A stretch of DNA of 64,000 bases from Myxococcota bacterium. GTDB taxonomy: Bacteria > Myxococcota_A > Polyangia > Nannocystales > Nannocystaceae. Where the stretch lies: positions 152,267-216,266 of the forward strand of contig JBCCHT010000019.1 of assembly GCA_039028615.1 (NCBI GenBank), written 5' to 3'. Of the stretch, positions 18,973 through 29,773 are shown piece after piece. The notes under the pieces were generated by a model. That model made no database searches, was not told the origin of the DNA, and was given only the letters and a program-made list of their open reading frames with translations. Both the position numbers and the translations under genes were made by a program. Each line of letters begins with the position of its first letter. The stretch's first letter is position 1.

Positions 18973-19407
18973 ATGCCCGCCATGGACCCGAGCGAGCAGA
19001 ACCAATCGCAACGATGGCTACAGCGCTTCCTCGAAGAACACCAAGCGGTGGCGGGCACGGTCCATCGACTCGACCGACAAACCCAGGATTTGCACCTCGA
19101 AGCCGCGGTCAACATCCCCCCCAAGGTGCAGGACGCGACCCGGGTGATTCCCCGAGGCAAAGGCATGGCGGGTCTCGCACTCGAGCGCCATCGCCCCGTG
19201 TCCACCTGCAACCTCGCGACCGACGAAGGCAACCCCGACGTGCGCCCCGGGGCACGCGCGGTGGAAGCCGCGGCCGCAATCGCGCTGCCCGTCGATGACG
19301 ACGCGGGTCAGGTGCGGGCCGTGGTGGGCATCGCCTACGCGAGCGAGCGGCCGATCGACGACGCTCTGCTCGCTCCGCTGCAGGCCGCGGTCACCACCCT
19401 GCCCTAG
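18973..19407 (+). CDS. Stand-alone GAF-domain protein
   Basis: IPRGKGMAGLA, TCNL, VRPGA, AIALPV ... AVVGIA GAF pattern. Confidence 0.8.
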   Translation: MPAMDPSEQNQSQRWLQRFLEEHQAVAGTVHRLDRQTQDLHLEAAVNIPPKVQDATRVIPRGKGMAGLALERHRPVSTCNLATDEGNPDVRPGARAVEAAAAIALPVDDDAGQVRAVVGIAYASERPIDDALLAPLQAAVTTLP

Positions 19408-20114
19408 GACTTCGACAGACCGAGCACGTACTGCAGGTCGTCGGAGAGCGCCCGACCGGCCGCGGTGCGCTCGCTGGCGTAGCCCCGAGCCATCCGTTCG
19501 AGCTCGGCGCCATGACGCTGCTCGATGCCCACGATCTCGCGCGCGGGCGCCCCGATGAACAACGCCTTGAGCACCATCTGGTTGAAGCTCGCCTCGGAGA
19601 AGTGCTCGGCCGGATACGGGTTTTTTGTGGCCAAGGCCGAGAACACCGACACCGCGTTGGTGCGACAGGCATCGACCGCGAGGTCGACGAAGCGTTCGGG
19701 TCCCGGCAAGTAGCTCAGGCTGCGCAGGAGGCTCTCCTGCTCGCTCAGCTCGCCGCTGCGGAACAGACGCGTGACCAGCCCCACGTGCTCGTCACTCGAG
19801 AGCGTATCGAGCTGCGCGTGGAGCAAGGCCAGTCGCGCGAGGTCGAACGCGCGCCAGCTCGGCACGGCCATGGCGTCCGGCAACCCATGCGCCGCGGCAG
19901 CCTCGGCATCGATCTCGATCGACGTCGCGCCCGTCTTGCGGCGCGCCCGGGCAAAGACGATCCGCAGCGTACGCTCCTGGGGGCTGCCCTCGGTGGGCCC
20001 GTCGTCGCCGAAGCTCGGGAGGGTCTCGTCGAGCCAGGTCTTGGCCGGCTGTAGGCCCTGCCCTTCCAGCAATGCGAGCACACCGACGACCAGCGGGGTC
20101 CGAGGGGAGACCAT
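19404..20114 (-). CDS. eboA: EboA domain protein
   Basis: GELSEQESLLRSL, ACRTN, NPYPAEHF, FNQMVLKALF, YASERTAAGR. Confidence 0.9.
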   Translation of the reverse strand: MVSPRTPLVVGVLALLEGQGLQPAKTWLDETLPSFGDDGPTEGSPQERTLRIVFARARRKTGATSIEIDAEAAAAHGLPDAMAVPSWRAFDLARLALLHAQLDTLSSDEHVGLVTRLFRSGELSEQESLLRSLSYLPGPERFVDLAVDACRTNAVSVFSALATKNPYPAEHFSEASFNQMVLKALFIGAPAREIVGIEQRHGAELERMARGYASERTAAGRALSDDLQYVLGLSKS

Positions 20115-20140
20115 CGCGGCGACGCTATCACAGCCCCGCG

Positions 20141-20776
20141 TCAGGCCTCGTCAGCGCCGGACTCGAACCGACGGCCCCACACCCACGCCAAACCGGCGAG
20201 CCCGAGCACCGCGCCGAAGATCAACAACGAGTCGTCGAACGACACGCCCCAGGCTCCGACCAACGCGAACGCCACCGCCGCCGGGATCGACCCCACTGCG
20301 CTCGCGACGAGCATCTTGGTCCACCCGAACGATGAAGTCCCGGCGAGAATGGCTACGCTTTCGGCGACGATGGGCACGGGTCGCGTCGCGATGATGGCGA
20401 CCATGCCCCAGCGCTGCAACAACGCGTCGGCGCGGGCGCGCTGCTGCTCGGTCACCAGACGATCCAGCCACCGTCCCCCGCGGCGACCGATGCCGAAGCC
20501 GACGGCCGCCGCCGCCACGCTCCCCACCAGCGACAACGCAGCGCCGAGCACCGCACCGAAGAGCACCCCGTGGGCGATCATGATCACGGAGGCGGGCACG
20601 GGGATCAGCACGTCGGCGACGAGCAAGCCGACGCCCACCAACGCCGCGAGTACGCCTCCCCCCGACATCGCCTGGTTGGGGTCTCGCAATACCGAAATGT
20701 CGAAGGCTTCGACCGCACCGAAGAGGGCCAAGAAGAACATCGCCATCCCGGCGAAGATCCCGACGTAGCGCCCCAT
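20141..20776 (-). CDS. DedA/VTT (SNARE-associated) membrane protein
   Basis: ADVLIPVPAS, GSVAAAAVGFGIGR, RWGMVAIIATRPVP; multi-TM. Confidence 0.85.
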   Translation of the reverse strand: MGRYVGIFAGMAMFFLALFGAVEAFDISVLRDPNQAMSGGGVLAALVGVGLLVADVLIPVPASVIMIAHGVLFGAVLGAALSLVGSVAAAAVGFGIGRRGGRWLDRLVTEQQRARADALLQRWGMVAIIATRPVPIVAESVAILAGTSSFGWTKMLVASAVGSIPAAVAFALVGAWGVSFDDSLLIFGAVLGLAGLAWVWGRRFESGADEA

Positions 20777-20854
20777 GCGGGCGGACCATAGCACCTCCCC
20801 TGCTTCGACCTGCGTGCTACGGTGCCGCCCGAACTTCGCGCCCGAGACGCTCCG

Positions 20855-21766
20855 ATGCCGCTTTTCGATCCTCATATCCACATGACCTCCCGGACCACCG
20901 ACGACTACGAGGCCATGGCGGCGGCCGGGATCGCGGCCATCGTCGAGCCGGCGTTCTGGCTCGGTCAGCCGCGGACCCACGTCGGCTCCTTCGAGGACTA
21001 CTTCCTGTCCCTGCTCGGCTGGGAACGCTTCCGCGCCAGCCAGTTCGGCATTCGCCACTTCTGCACGATGGGGCTCAACCCCAAAGAGGCCAACAACGAG
21101 GCCTTGGCCAAGGGGGTCATGGATCTCCTGCCTCTGTACCTCGAAAAGGAAGGCGTGGTCGCGGTCGGAGAGATTGGCTACGACGACATGAGCGACGCGG
21201 AGCACGAGCTGTTCGCGGCGCAGGTTCGGCTGGCGGTGGAGTTCGAGCTCCCGGTCCTCATCCACACCCCGCACCGAGACAAGCACGCGGGCACGCTTCG
21301 CACCCTCGAGCTCATGCGCGAGCTGGGCTTTCCCCCTGAACTCACCCTCGTCGATCACAACACCGAAGAGACCCTCGGCGCCGTGCTCGAGTCGGGGTGC
21401 TGGGCGGGGCACTCCATCTATCCCGAGACCAAGATGGACGAGCACCGCATGGTCGCGCTGGTCCAGAAGTACGGACCCGAGCGCATCCTGGTCAACAGCG
21501 CGGCCGACTGGGGCGTCAGCGATCCACTCAAGGTGCCCAAGACCGCCGCCGCCATGCGCGAGGCGGGCATCTCCGAGGCCGCCATCGAGCAGATCTGCTG
21601 GAACAACCCAGTGCGGTTCTTCGCCCAGAGCGGCCGGCTCGATCTCGAAGAGGTCGACACCGCGCTGAGCGTCGATCAGCGCGAGCTGTGGCAGGGCAAC
21701 TCCGTGCTCCGCGGGCAGTCGCCGCGCATCGACGAAGGGGACTCGGGCGCAGGAAACCCGGCATGA
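20855..21766 (+). CDS. eboB: TatD-family hydrolase EboB
   Basis: FDPHIHMTSRTTDDY, EPAFWLGQPR, GEIGYD, IHTPHRDK, NSAADWG. Confidence 0.92.
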   Translation: MPLFDPHIHMTSRTTDDYEAMAAAGIAAIVEPAFWLGQPRTHVGSFEDYFLSLLGWERFRASQFGIRHFCTMGLNPKEANNEALAKGVMDLLPLYLEKEGVVAVGEIGYDDMSDAEHELFAAQVRLAVEFELPVLIHTPHRDKHAGTLRTLELMRELGFPPELTLVDHNTEETLGAVLESGCWAGHSIYPETKMDEHRMVALVQKYGPERILVNSAADWGVSDPLKVPKTAAAMREAGISEAAIEQICWNNPVRFFAQSGRLDLEEVDTALSVDQRELWQGNSVLRGQSPRIDEGDSGAGNPA

Positions 21767-23166
21767 ACCGAACGGTCGTCCTCGACGTCGTCGGCCTCAC
21801 CCCCAGCCTGCTCGGCCCCGACACGCCCCGCCTGCAGCAGTTTGCCGAGCGGGGCACCCTGCGACCGATCCAGACGATCACCCCGGCCGTCACCTGCTCG
21901 GTGCAGTCGACCTTCGTGACCGGGGCGCTGCCGCGCGAGCACGGCTGCGTCGCCAACGGCTGGTACTTCCGCGATCTGGCCCAGGTGTGGCTGTGGCGTC
22001 AGGCCAACGCGCTGGTCGGCGGCAACAAGCTGTGGGATCTGGCCCGCGCTCGCGACGATCGCTTCCGCTGCGCCAAGTTGTTCTGGTGGTACAACATGTA
22101 CGCGGACGTGGACTGGGCCGTGACCCCACGTCCGATCTACCGGGCCAACGGGCGCAAGCACCCCGACGTGCACACCAGCCCGGTCGGGCTGCGTGAGCGG
22201 CTCGATGGCGAGCTGGGCACCTTCCCCCTGTTCAACTTCTGGGGACCGAACGCCAACATCACCTCCTCGCAGTGGATCGCCGACTGTGCCTCGCTCATGG
22301 AGCGCTGGCACGAGCCCACGCTGAGCTTGGTCTACCTGCCGCACCTGGACTACGCCCTGCAGAAGTACGGGCCGGGTGCCCCCGAGAGCCGAGCCGCCCT
22401 GCGCGAGATCGATACGCTCTGCGGAGAGCTCATCGAGCGCTTCGAGGCGGCCGGGCTTCGCATCGTCGTGCTGTCCGAGTACGGCATCACCCCCGTCACC
22501 GGGCCCGTCCACATCAATCGAGCCCTGCGCGAGGCCGGCCTGCTCGGCTGGCGCGAAGAGATGGGCGAGGAGCACTTCGACGCGGGCGCGTCACAGGCCT
22601 TCGCGGTGGCGGACCATCAGATCGCCCACGTCTACGTGCGAGACCCGGGTCAGATCGCCGAGGTCAAAGCGCTGCTCGAGAAGCTCGATGGCGTGGACGA
22701 AGTCCTCGATCGGGAGTCCATGGCGGCCTACGGCCTCGACCATCCACGCTCGGGCGAGCTGGTGGCCTTGAGCAAGCCCGAGCGCTGGTTCTCCTACTAC
22801 TACTGGCTCGACGACGCGCGCGCCCCCGACTACGCCCGCACCGTCGACATCCATCGCAAGCCGGGCTACGACCCCGCCGAGCTGTTCCTCGACCCGCAGT
22901 TGCGCGCCCCCATGCTGCGCATCGGGTCGTATCTGCTGCGCACCAAGGTCCTGGGCCAGCGCGCCCTGCTCGACGTCATTCCGCTCGACGGCAGCCTCGT
23001 CCGCGGCTCCCATGGCCGGGTCACCGCGAGCGCCGAAGACGGGCCGCTGTTCATCACCAACGCCCCGGAACAGCTCCGCGACGCCAATGGTGCCCTGCTC
23101 GGCGACAGCCAGAGCCTCGAGGCCACGGCCGTACAGGGGGTGCTCCTGCGTCACCTCTTCGACTGA
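21763..23166 (+). CDS. eboF: Alkaline phosphatase/nucleotide pyrophosphatase family protein EboF
   Basis: PAVTCSVQST, YLPHLDY, AVADHQIAHVYV, VDIHRKPGYDPAEL, GSHG; ATGA overlap with eboB. Confidence 0.9.
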   Translation: MNRTVVLDVVGLTPSLLGPDTPRLQQFAERGTLRPIQTITPAVTCSVQSTFVTGALPREHGCVANGWYFRDLAQVWLWRQANALVGGNKLWDLARARDDRFRCAKLFWWYNMYADVDWAVTPRPIYRANGRKHPDVHTSPVGLRERLDGELGTFPLFNFWGPNANITSSQWIADCASLMERWHEPTLSLVYLPHLDYALQKYGPGAPESRAALREIDTLCGELIERFEAAGLRIVVLSEYGITPVTGPVHINRALREAGLLGWREEMGEEHFDAGASQAFAVADHQIAHVYVRDPGQIAEVKALLEKLDGVDEVLDRESMAAYGLDHPRSGELVALSKPERWFSYYYWLDDARAPDYARTVDIHRKPGYDPAELFLDPQLRAPMLRIGSYLLRTKVLGQRALLDVIPLDGSLVRGSHGRVTASAEDGPLFITNAPEQLRDANGALLGDSQSLEATAVQGVLLRHLFD

Positions 23167-23174
23167 CGCCGCCC

Positions 23175-23702
23175 TCAGTTCTCGGGCAGGCCGGCGTCGA
23201 TCCAGTCGACCAGCATCTGGCGCTCTTCGTCCGTCGGCAAGGTCGCGCCAACGGGGAACTGGCCGGCCGGGGGCTCGCCCGCGCAGTTGTCGAGCATCGA
23301 GCCCACGGGGGCCGTGCCGCAGCGAATGCTCGCGGCCTCGGACTCGACGACCGACAGCATCGTGTAGTCGCGCAGAGCGTCACCTGCCCCGTGGCACTCC
23401 CAGCAGTAGCTCTCGAAGAAGCTCTCCGCGAAGTTGTCCCAGGTCGGCGCGGCCGCTCCGGTCTCGCCGCTCGAGTCGGCCGCGGTGGAGCTGCCGTCGA
23501 GCGTGTCGGAGCTGGAGCCAGTGGCCGACGTGGTGCTCGTGGCCGCGCCGGAAGACTCCTCCCCCGCGCCCCCGGAGCTGGAGGTCGCGCCCGTGTCCGC
23601 CGCCGTCGTCGAGCCGCCCGCGGTCGTCGTGGTGTCTCCGCTGCCATCATCACCACAGGCGACGGCGAGGACCAGGACACAGCTCAACGTTAGTCTCTGC
23701 AT
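23175..23702 (-). CDS. Lipoprotein with Ser/Thr-rich linker and c-type heme motif
   Basis: Lipobox AVAC; YCWECHG (CxxCH); C-terminal LPTDEERQMLVDWIDAG. Confidence 0.75.
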   Translation of the reverse strand: MQRLTLSCVLVLAVACGDDGSGDTTTTAGGSTTAADTGATSSSGGAGEESSGAATSTTSATGSSSDTLDGSSTAADSSGETGAAAPTWDNFAESFFESYCWECHGAGDALRDYTMLSVVESEAASIRCGTAPVGSMLDNCAGEPPAGQFPVGATLPTDEERQMLVDWIDAGLPEN

Positions 23703-23762
23703 GACGGGCACCCTACGTGCTGGCGTCGGGGGCTGTCACCTCTCGCGACGAAACGAGGGGCG

Positions 23763-23796
23763 CCCGCGGGCCCAGGCCGAAGCCCGAGCCCGCGGG
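23763..23796 (-). terminator. GC-rich hairpin with C(UUCG)G tetraloop downstream of the minus-strand gene
   Basis: Minus strand CCCGCGGGCTCGGGC-TTCG-GCCTGGGCCCGCGGG (15 bp including G-U pairs); no clear U-tract. Confidence 0.55.
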
Positions 23797-23816
23797 AGGT
23801 TGGGGATGGGGGTGCG

Positions 23817-24179
23817 TTATTCGGCTGCCTTGGCGTCGCCGCCCTCGGGAGCCTTCGCTTCGGCTGCCTTGGCGTCGCCGGCCTCGGGAGCCTTCGCTTC
23901 GGCTGCCTTGGCGTCGCCGCCCTCGGGAGCCTTTGCCTCGCTCGGTTTGGCATCGCCCGGCTTGGCTTCGCCCTCGGGAGCCTTGGCGTCACCGCCATCG
24001 GCTTTCGCTTCGCCGCCGGCCGCCTTGGCGTCACCCGGTTTGGCCGCGGCCTTCTTGCCGTCGTCCGTCTTGGCCTTCGCGCCCTTGGTCGCCTTGTCGG
24101 GAGCATCCGCGCACCCGGTCATGGACGCGGTGGTGGCGAGACAGAGGGTCATGAGGATGGTGGGGATTCGGTGCTTCAT
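23817..24179 (-). CDS. Small low-complexity Ala/Lys/Glu/Gly-rich lipoprotein
   Basis: Lipobox MTGC; repeats AKAPEGGDAKAAE; GAGG upstream of the ATG. Confidence 0.75.
   Translation of the reverse strand: MKHRIPTILMTLCLATTASMTGCADAPDKATKGAKAKTDDGKKAAAKPGDAKAAGGEAKADGGDAKAPEGEAKPGDAKPSEAKAPEGGDAKAAEAKAPEAGDAKAAEAKAPEGGDAKAAE
23820..23936. repeat. Three tandem 39-bp coding repeats
   Basis: TTCGGCTGCCTTGGCGTCGCCG(C/G)CCTCGGGAGCCTT(C/T)GC at 23820, 23859 and 23898. Confidence 0.92.
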
Positions 24180-24427
24180 GGTGGACCTCAGTGGGTGTGT
24201 CTTCACCATGAGCCGCCCGTGCCCGCGCTGCCGTCATGAGCCCTCCACCGTTTCGTCATGAAAGCATCACGGCCCGATCGTCGATTCGAGGCCGTCTGCA
24301 GGCTCTGTGGAGAAACAAGAGAGACATCTCACCCATTCAGTGAGACAATTCCGCACAACCGCGATGCCCAGTGGCCAAGCCATGGATGCGGAACTACGGC
24401 CACTGCGTGGTCGGGGGTGGAGTGAAG

Positions 24428-25354
24428 ATGAGCGCGTACTCGTTGTTTGGCCTGGTCGCACTGACGATGAGCGTGGCCGCGTGCGCGGTCGGACCCAACG
24501 ATCCGATCCCAGACTTCGGCCAAGACGGCGAGTCCCAGGGCGTGGGCACGGGCAGCGCGAGTGAGCCGAGCGACGACACCGCGGGCACGGCCGACGACGG
24601 AAGCGGGAGCGATGAGACCGGGGGTGACGAGACCGGCGACGGCACGAGCGACGGCGAGTCGGACGGAGCCTGCGGCGACGGGGTCATCGAAGCCGACGAG
24701 CAATGCGACGGCACCGAGCTCGGCACCATGACCTGCGACAGCCTCGGCTTCGACGGCGGCTCGCTGTCGTGTACGGACACCTGCGAGTACGACACCAGCG
24801 CCTGTGGGGGCGACGGACCCGTGTGCGGGGACGGCAGCACCAACGGCACCGAGGACTGCGACGGCACCGACCTGGGCAGCAACACGTGCACCGCCATGGG
24901 CTTCGAAGGCGGCACGCTGGGCTGCAACGGCGACTGCACCTTCGACACCTCCGGCTGCACCAACGATGGGCCGGGCTGCGGCAACGGGAGCGTCGACGTC
25001 GGGGAACAATGCGATGGCCTCGACCTGGCGGGGCAGACCTGCATCAGCCAGGGCTTTGCCGGCGGTGGCATCCTGCTGTGCGACGCCAGCTGCAGCTTCG
25101 ACACCTCGAACTGCATGGGCGGCGGCGGAGGGGCCTGCACCTTCGATGCGGACTGTGGCGGCGCGCAGTACTGCGAGGACGGCACCTGCTACGACGGAGT
25201 CGTGGGCGACCCCTGCACCTTCGACTCGGACTGCATGTCGGACATCTGCCTGACCTTCGATGACGTGTGCAGCGACGGCAACGCGGGCGATCCATGCACC
25301 TTCAACAGCGAGTGCATGAGCGGCTCCTGTGGCGTCGCCGACGTGTGTGACTGA
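24428..25354 (+). CDS. Cys-rich lipoprotein with myxobacterial CG(D/N)G...E.CDG repeats
   Basis: Lipobox VAAC; three CG(D/N)G-x5-E-x-CDG-x-(D/E)L repeats, then three CTF(D/N)x(D/E)C repeats. Confidence 0.85.
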   Translation: MSAYSLFGLVALTMSVAACAVGPNDPIPDFGQDGESQGVGTGSASEPSDDTAGTADDGSGSDETGGDETGDGTSDGESDGACGDGVIEADEQCDGTELGTMTCDSLGFDGGSLSCTDTCEYDTSACGGDGPVCGDGSTNGTEDCDGTDLGSNTCTAMGFEGGTLGCNGDCTFDTSGCTNDGPGCGNGSVDVGEQCDGLDLAGQTCISQGFAGGGILLCDASCSFDTSNCMGGGGGACTFDADCGGAQYCEDGTCYDGVVGDPCTFDSDCMSDICLTFDDVCSDGNAGDPCTFNSECMSGSCGVADVCD

Positions 25355-25453
25355 CCCCCTCCGACGATTTTCTCCACGAGGGGCGTAATCTCGTCACATC
25401 TGGATCATTATCCAGGCAGAAGCTCGGCTTCGCCTGACTACTTAGATTTCGAG

Positions 25454-26917
25454 ATGATTGGATTCGACCGAATACTCGTGTGGGCAATCGTGGGATGGGT
25501 CTCGGCGACCGGGTGCGGGCCGTCCACGGGCGCTCCCCCACCGCAGACCTGTGGCGGCGACGATCCGGTCAAACTCGTCGATCTTCCCCCCGACACCGGG
25601 TGGCGAACCCTGGCTGCCTCCACCGAACAATTCGTCATGGAACGATGGGTCCTCGAGCAAGAGGACCAGACCGCCACGCAGCAGGCGTTCGTACTCGAGG
25701 CATGCGGCGAGTCGGTGGTCGAGCTGTCCGCAGCCACCACGGCTCCCACGGAGCACTTCGGGGTCGCTGGACCGTGGCCTCTCGCGGTGGACATCGAGGA
25801 TGGCAGCGCACGTTGGCTCGACCCCACGGGCACTGCGCCCAGCCATCCCGTCTTCCCCTCCACCATCAGCTGCGTTCAGGAGGTCGCGGGGGGCTTGGCG
25901 GCCTTGGGCTCGGACGGCACGGTGTGGTTCCACCCCGACCCAGCCGAGCCTTCGCTTGATGCGGTACCCGTCATCACTGGCGTTCGGCGGCCCGACTGGC
26001 CCCGGATCCCGCTCGGCGACTTCACCCGCTGCGAACTCCTCGATGCCGACATCCCTGTCGCCGATGCCGATGGCGATGCCCTCCTCGTCATGCTCGACGA
26101 GGGCCCGCTCGTGCGGGTCACCGTGCCCACCGGAGAGCAAGAGACCATCATCGATGGACCCGTCAGCCAGTTCATGAGCATGGACGACCCGCGCTACATC
26201 CTGTGGCGCGGAGGCTCCGAGCTCGATCCGGACTCCGACTGCTGCACCGTGCGCGCGCGCGACCGCGAGACGGGCGAGGACATCTCCGTCGGTGGTGACC
26301 TTTTCCCCGTCAACTCGGGGGCGTACTGGGTGAGTTCATTGCAGTGGGGCCCCACCTTCGAAAACCAAGGCACCGTGTTCACCCACGCCGCGACCGGTGC
26401 GACCGTCCGTGTGGATGGGTGGTGGACGCCCGAGGCCGTGCTGTCCGACACTCAGTTGTTGGTCGCACCCGTCGACGAACTCGGCACCGCCATCGTCGAC
26501 CTGACCACGGGCGTCGTCGGGCCCTCGCCTCTGCCCGCTCCCCCCCTTTACCTCGAGCCCACCTACCCTGACGGTGTCACCGGGCTCGAGCTCGTCGGCG
26601 ATGCCGAGAGCGGCCGACTCCACTTCCTGCCCTTCGACGGCAGCCCCGCTCGAGTCCTGGCCGAAAACGTCGGCGACGACTTCGTCCGTACTCAGACCGG
26701 CACGCTCGTCTACGTGGACCGCGTTTCACCCGCCGACACCTACGGACCCCTGGTGATGGTCACGCGCGCCGGAGAGCGCACCGTCATCCACGACCACGCC
26801 AGCTCGCCCTGGGTGCCGTTCCACGGCGAAGCGCGCGAGCGCAACGAGGTCCTGTTCGTCCGGCAGGATCCACAGACTGGCGACCGCTCGTTGTGGCGCT
26901 ACGTCTTGCCCGAGTAG
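25454..26917 (+). CDS. Hypothetical lipoprotein, possibly beta-propeller
   Basis: 487-aa ORF, ATGC lipobox-like sequence, beta-strand-rich composition. Confidence 0.7.
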   Translation: MIGFDRILVWAIVGWVSATGCGPSTGAPPPQTCGGDDPVKLVDLPPDTGWRTLAASTEQFVMERWVLEQEDQTATQQAFVLEACGESVVELSAATTAPTEHFGVAGPWPLAVDIEDGSARWLDPTGTAPSHPVFPSTISCVQEVAGGLAALGSDGTVWFHPDPAEPSLDAVPVITGVRRPDWPRIPLGDFTRCELLDADIPVADADGDALLVMLDEGPLVRVTVPTGEQETIIDGPVSQFMSMDDPRYILWRGGSELDPDSDCCTVRARDRETGEDISVGGDLFPVNSGAYWVSSLQWGPTFENQGTVFTHAATGATVRVDGWWTPEAVLSDTQLLVAPVDELGTAIVDLTTGVVGPSPLPAPPLYLEPTYPDGVTGLELVGDAESGRLHFLPFDGSPARVLAENVGDDFVRTQTGTLVYVDRVSPADTYGPLVMVTRAGERTVIHDHASSPWVPFHGEARERNEVLFVRQDPQTGDRSLWRYVLPE

Positions 26918-26921
26918 CTCG

Positions 26922-27380
26922 CTAGCGGGCGAGTTGCTGCACCACCGCCAGCGCCTCGGGGATGTGCTTCTTCGCACGCAGCTGCGAGGAGAACACGTGG
27001 CGCACCACGCCGCTGCGGTCGATCACGAACGTCACGCGCCCGGGCAACAGCCCCAGCGTTCGCTTCACGCCGAAGATCTTGGTCAGCTTGCCGTCACGGT
27101 CGCTCAACAGCGGAAAGGGCAGGCGATGGTGCTTGGCGAAGCTGCGGTGGCTGTCGTCGGAATCCGGGCTCACGCCCACCACTCGCGCTCCCGCGTCGCT
27201 GAAGCTGGAGAACTCGTCGCGAAACAGACACGCCTCGGCGGTGCATCCCGGGGTCTCGTCGGCGGGATAGAAGTACAGCACCAGGACCTGCTCGAGTTCA
27301 CACGCACCCAACTCGACGATCTCGCCGTCGTGGGCCGTGGCTTTGAAAGCAGGAACTCGATCTCCAACGCGCAGAGGCAC
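26922..27380 (-). CDS. bcp: Peroxiredoxin (BCP/PrxQ)
   Basis: LYFYPADETPGCTAEAC, GVSPD, FPLLSD, RVTFVID. Confidence 0.93.
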   Translation of the reverse strand: MPLRVGDRVPAFKATAHDGEIVELGACELEQVLVLYFYPADETPGCTAEACLFRDEFSSFSDAGARVVGVSPDSDDSHRSFAKHHRLPFPLLSDRDGKLTKIFGVKRTLGLLPGRVTFVIDRSGVVRHVFSSQLRAKKHIPEALAVVQQLAR

Positions 27381-27623
27381 GCCCCGGAGGTAGCAAATCC
27401 AGCGCCTGCGACAAACGATCGCAGCGAAAAAACGGCGTCCGCGGCATTCCCGGGCGAATTGCAGCGCCGTTTGAGAATCATCCGCTCAACAAACGTGGGC
27501 GGGCGTAACGGTTTTGCCTGCCGTGGATATGCCCTGGTGCCGGACGGTCCGCCTCGCCGCTCCTCTGACACACCTGCCTACATCTCCCGACGTAGGCCTC
27601 ACTCCCAGCCCCGCGTGGTCCCC

Positions 27624-28973
<1,350 letters not shown>

Positions 28974-28975
28974 GC

Positions 28976-29773
28976 TCAGCCGCGCCCGTACAGCTCCGCG
29001 ATCGCGGTCCGGTCATCCTCGGTCCAGTGCGAGGTCGGGTGGGTCTCCGAGATCTGCGAGTTCATCACCGAGGGCGCCGTGCCTTCGGTCGGGGTGCCCG
29101 GGATGTGATGGGCTCCGATCGGGCAGCGGGCCTCGCTTCGCTCCTTCCAGTCGGTGTGGCGCAGCCCCATCGCGTGGCCGATCTCGTGCATGTACGTCGC
29201 CACCGTGAACTCGCGAAGCGCTTCATTGTCGGCATCGAAATCCTCGTTGCGCGTGCCGATGACGATGACCGGCCCGGGTAGCCCGTTGGCATCGGGCCAG
29301 GTCGCATACGCCTCGTCGGTGAACTCCTCGAGCTCCACCAAAATTTCCGCGTCGCACCGCTGCGGCGTGGGCGTATCCGTGGCGACGAATCGGTAGCGAA
29401 GCGAAAGCGCGTTCCATCGCAGCAGCGCCGTATCGAGCGTCGCCCGCAGCTTCGGAAAACCCGTCGCGATCTGCCACGTCACGATGCAGATGGTCGCGTC
29501 ATCGCTCAGTCGAACCAGGTTCTCCGCCCGATAGTGGCGAAAGCGGGGGCCGTCCAACGCCCGGGACGCCTCTAGCCCCATGACGATATCCCCTTGGACG
29601 ACCACCCGCTCTCCCACTACTGCCATGTCGTGCATCGAGTACCCCGCCCCTAGCAGGTTCTCGACGATCTCCTCGAGTTCCGCCTCGCTGGCTGGTGCCC
29701 CCACGCACCCGGCCATCGCCGTTGCGACGACGAGACAGTGAACTCGAGCAGGCACGAACCATGAGTGCCACAA
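28976..29773 (-). CDS. Zinc metallopeptidase lipoprotein, M57-like (true start probably downstream of 29773)
   Basis: HEIGHAMGLRHTDW, HIPGTP, SVMNS Met-turn, VVQGDI propeptide, MAGC lipobox. Confidence 0.85.
   Translation of the reverse strand: MWHSWFVPARVHCLVVATAMAGCVGAPASEAELEEIVENLLGAGYSMHDMAVVGERVVVQGDIVMGLEASRALDGPRFRHYRAENLVRLSDDATICIVTWQIATGFPKLRATLDTALLRWNALSLRYRFVATDTPTPQRCDAEILVELEEFTDEAYATWPDANGLPGPVIVIGTRNEDFDADNEALREFTVATYMHEIGHAMGLRHTDWKERSEARCPIGAHHIPGTPTEGTAPSVMNSQISETHPTSHWTEDDRTAIAELYGRG

Noticed and set aside
23820..23936. Tandem repeats as a CRISPR array (also 61700-61822 and 42449-42493)
   Set aside because: Units are contiguous, multiples of 3 and inside coding frames, with no spacers and no cas genes.
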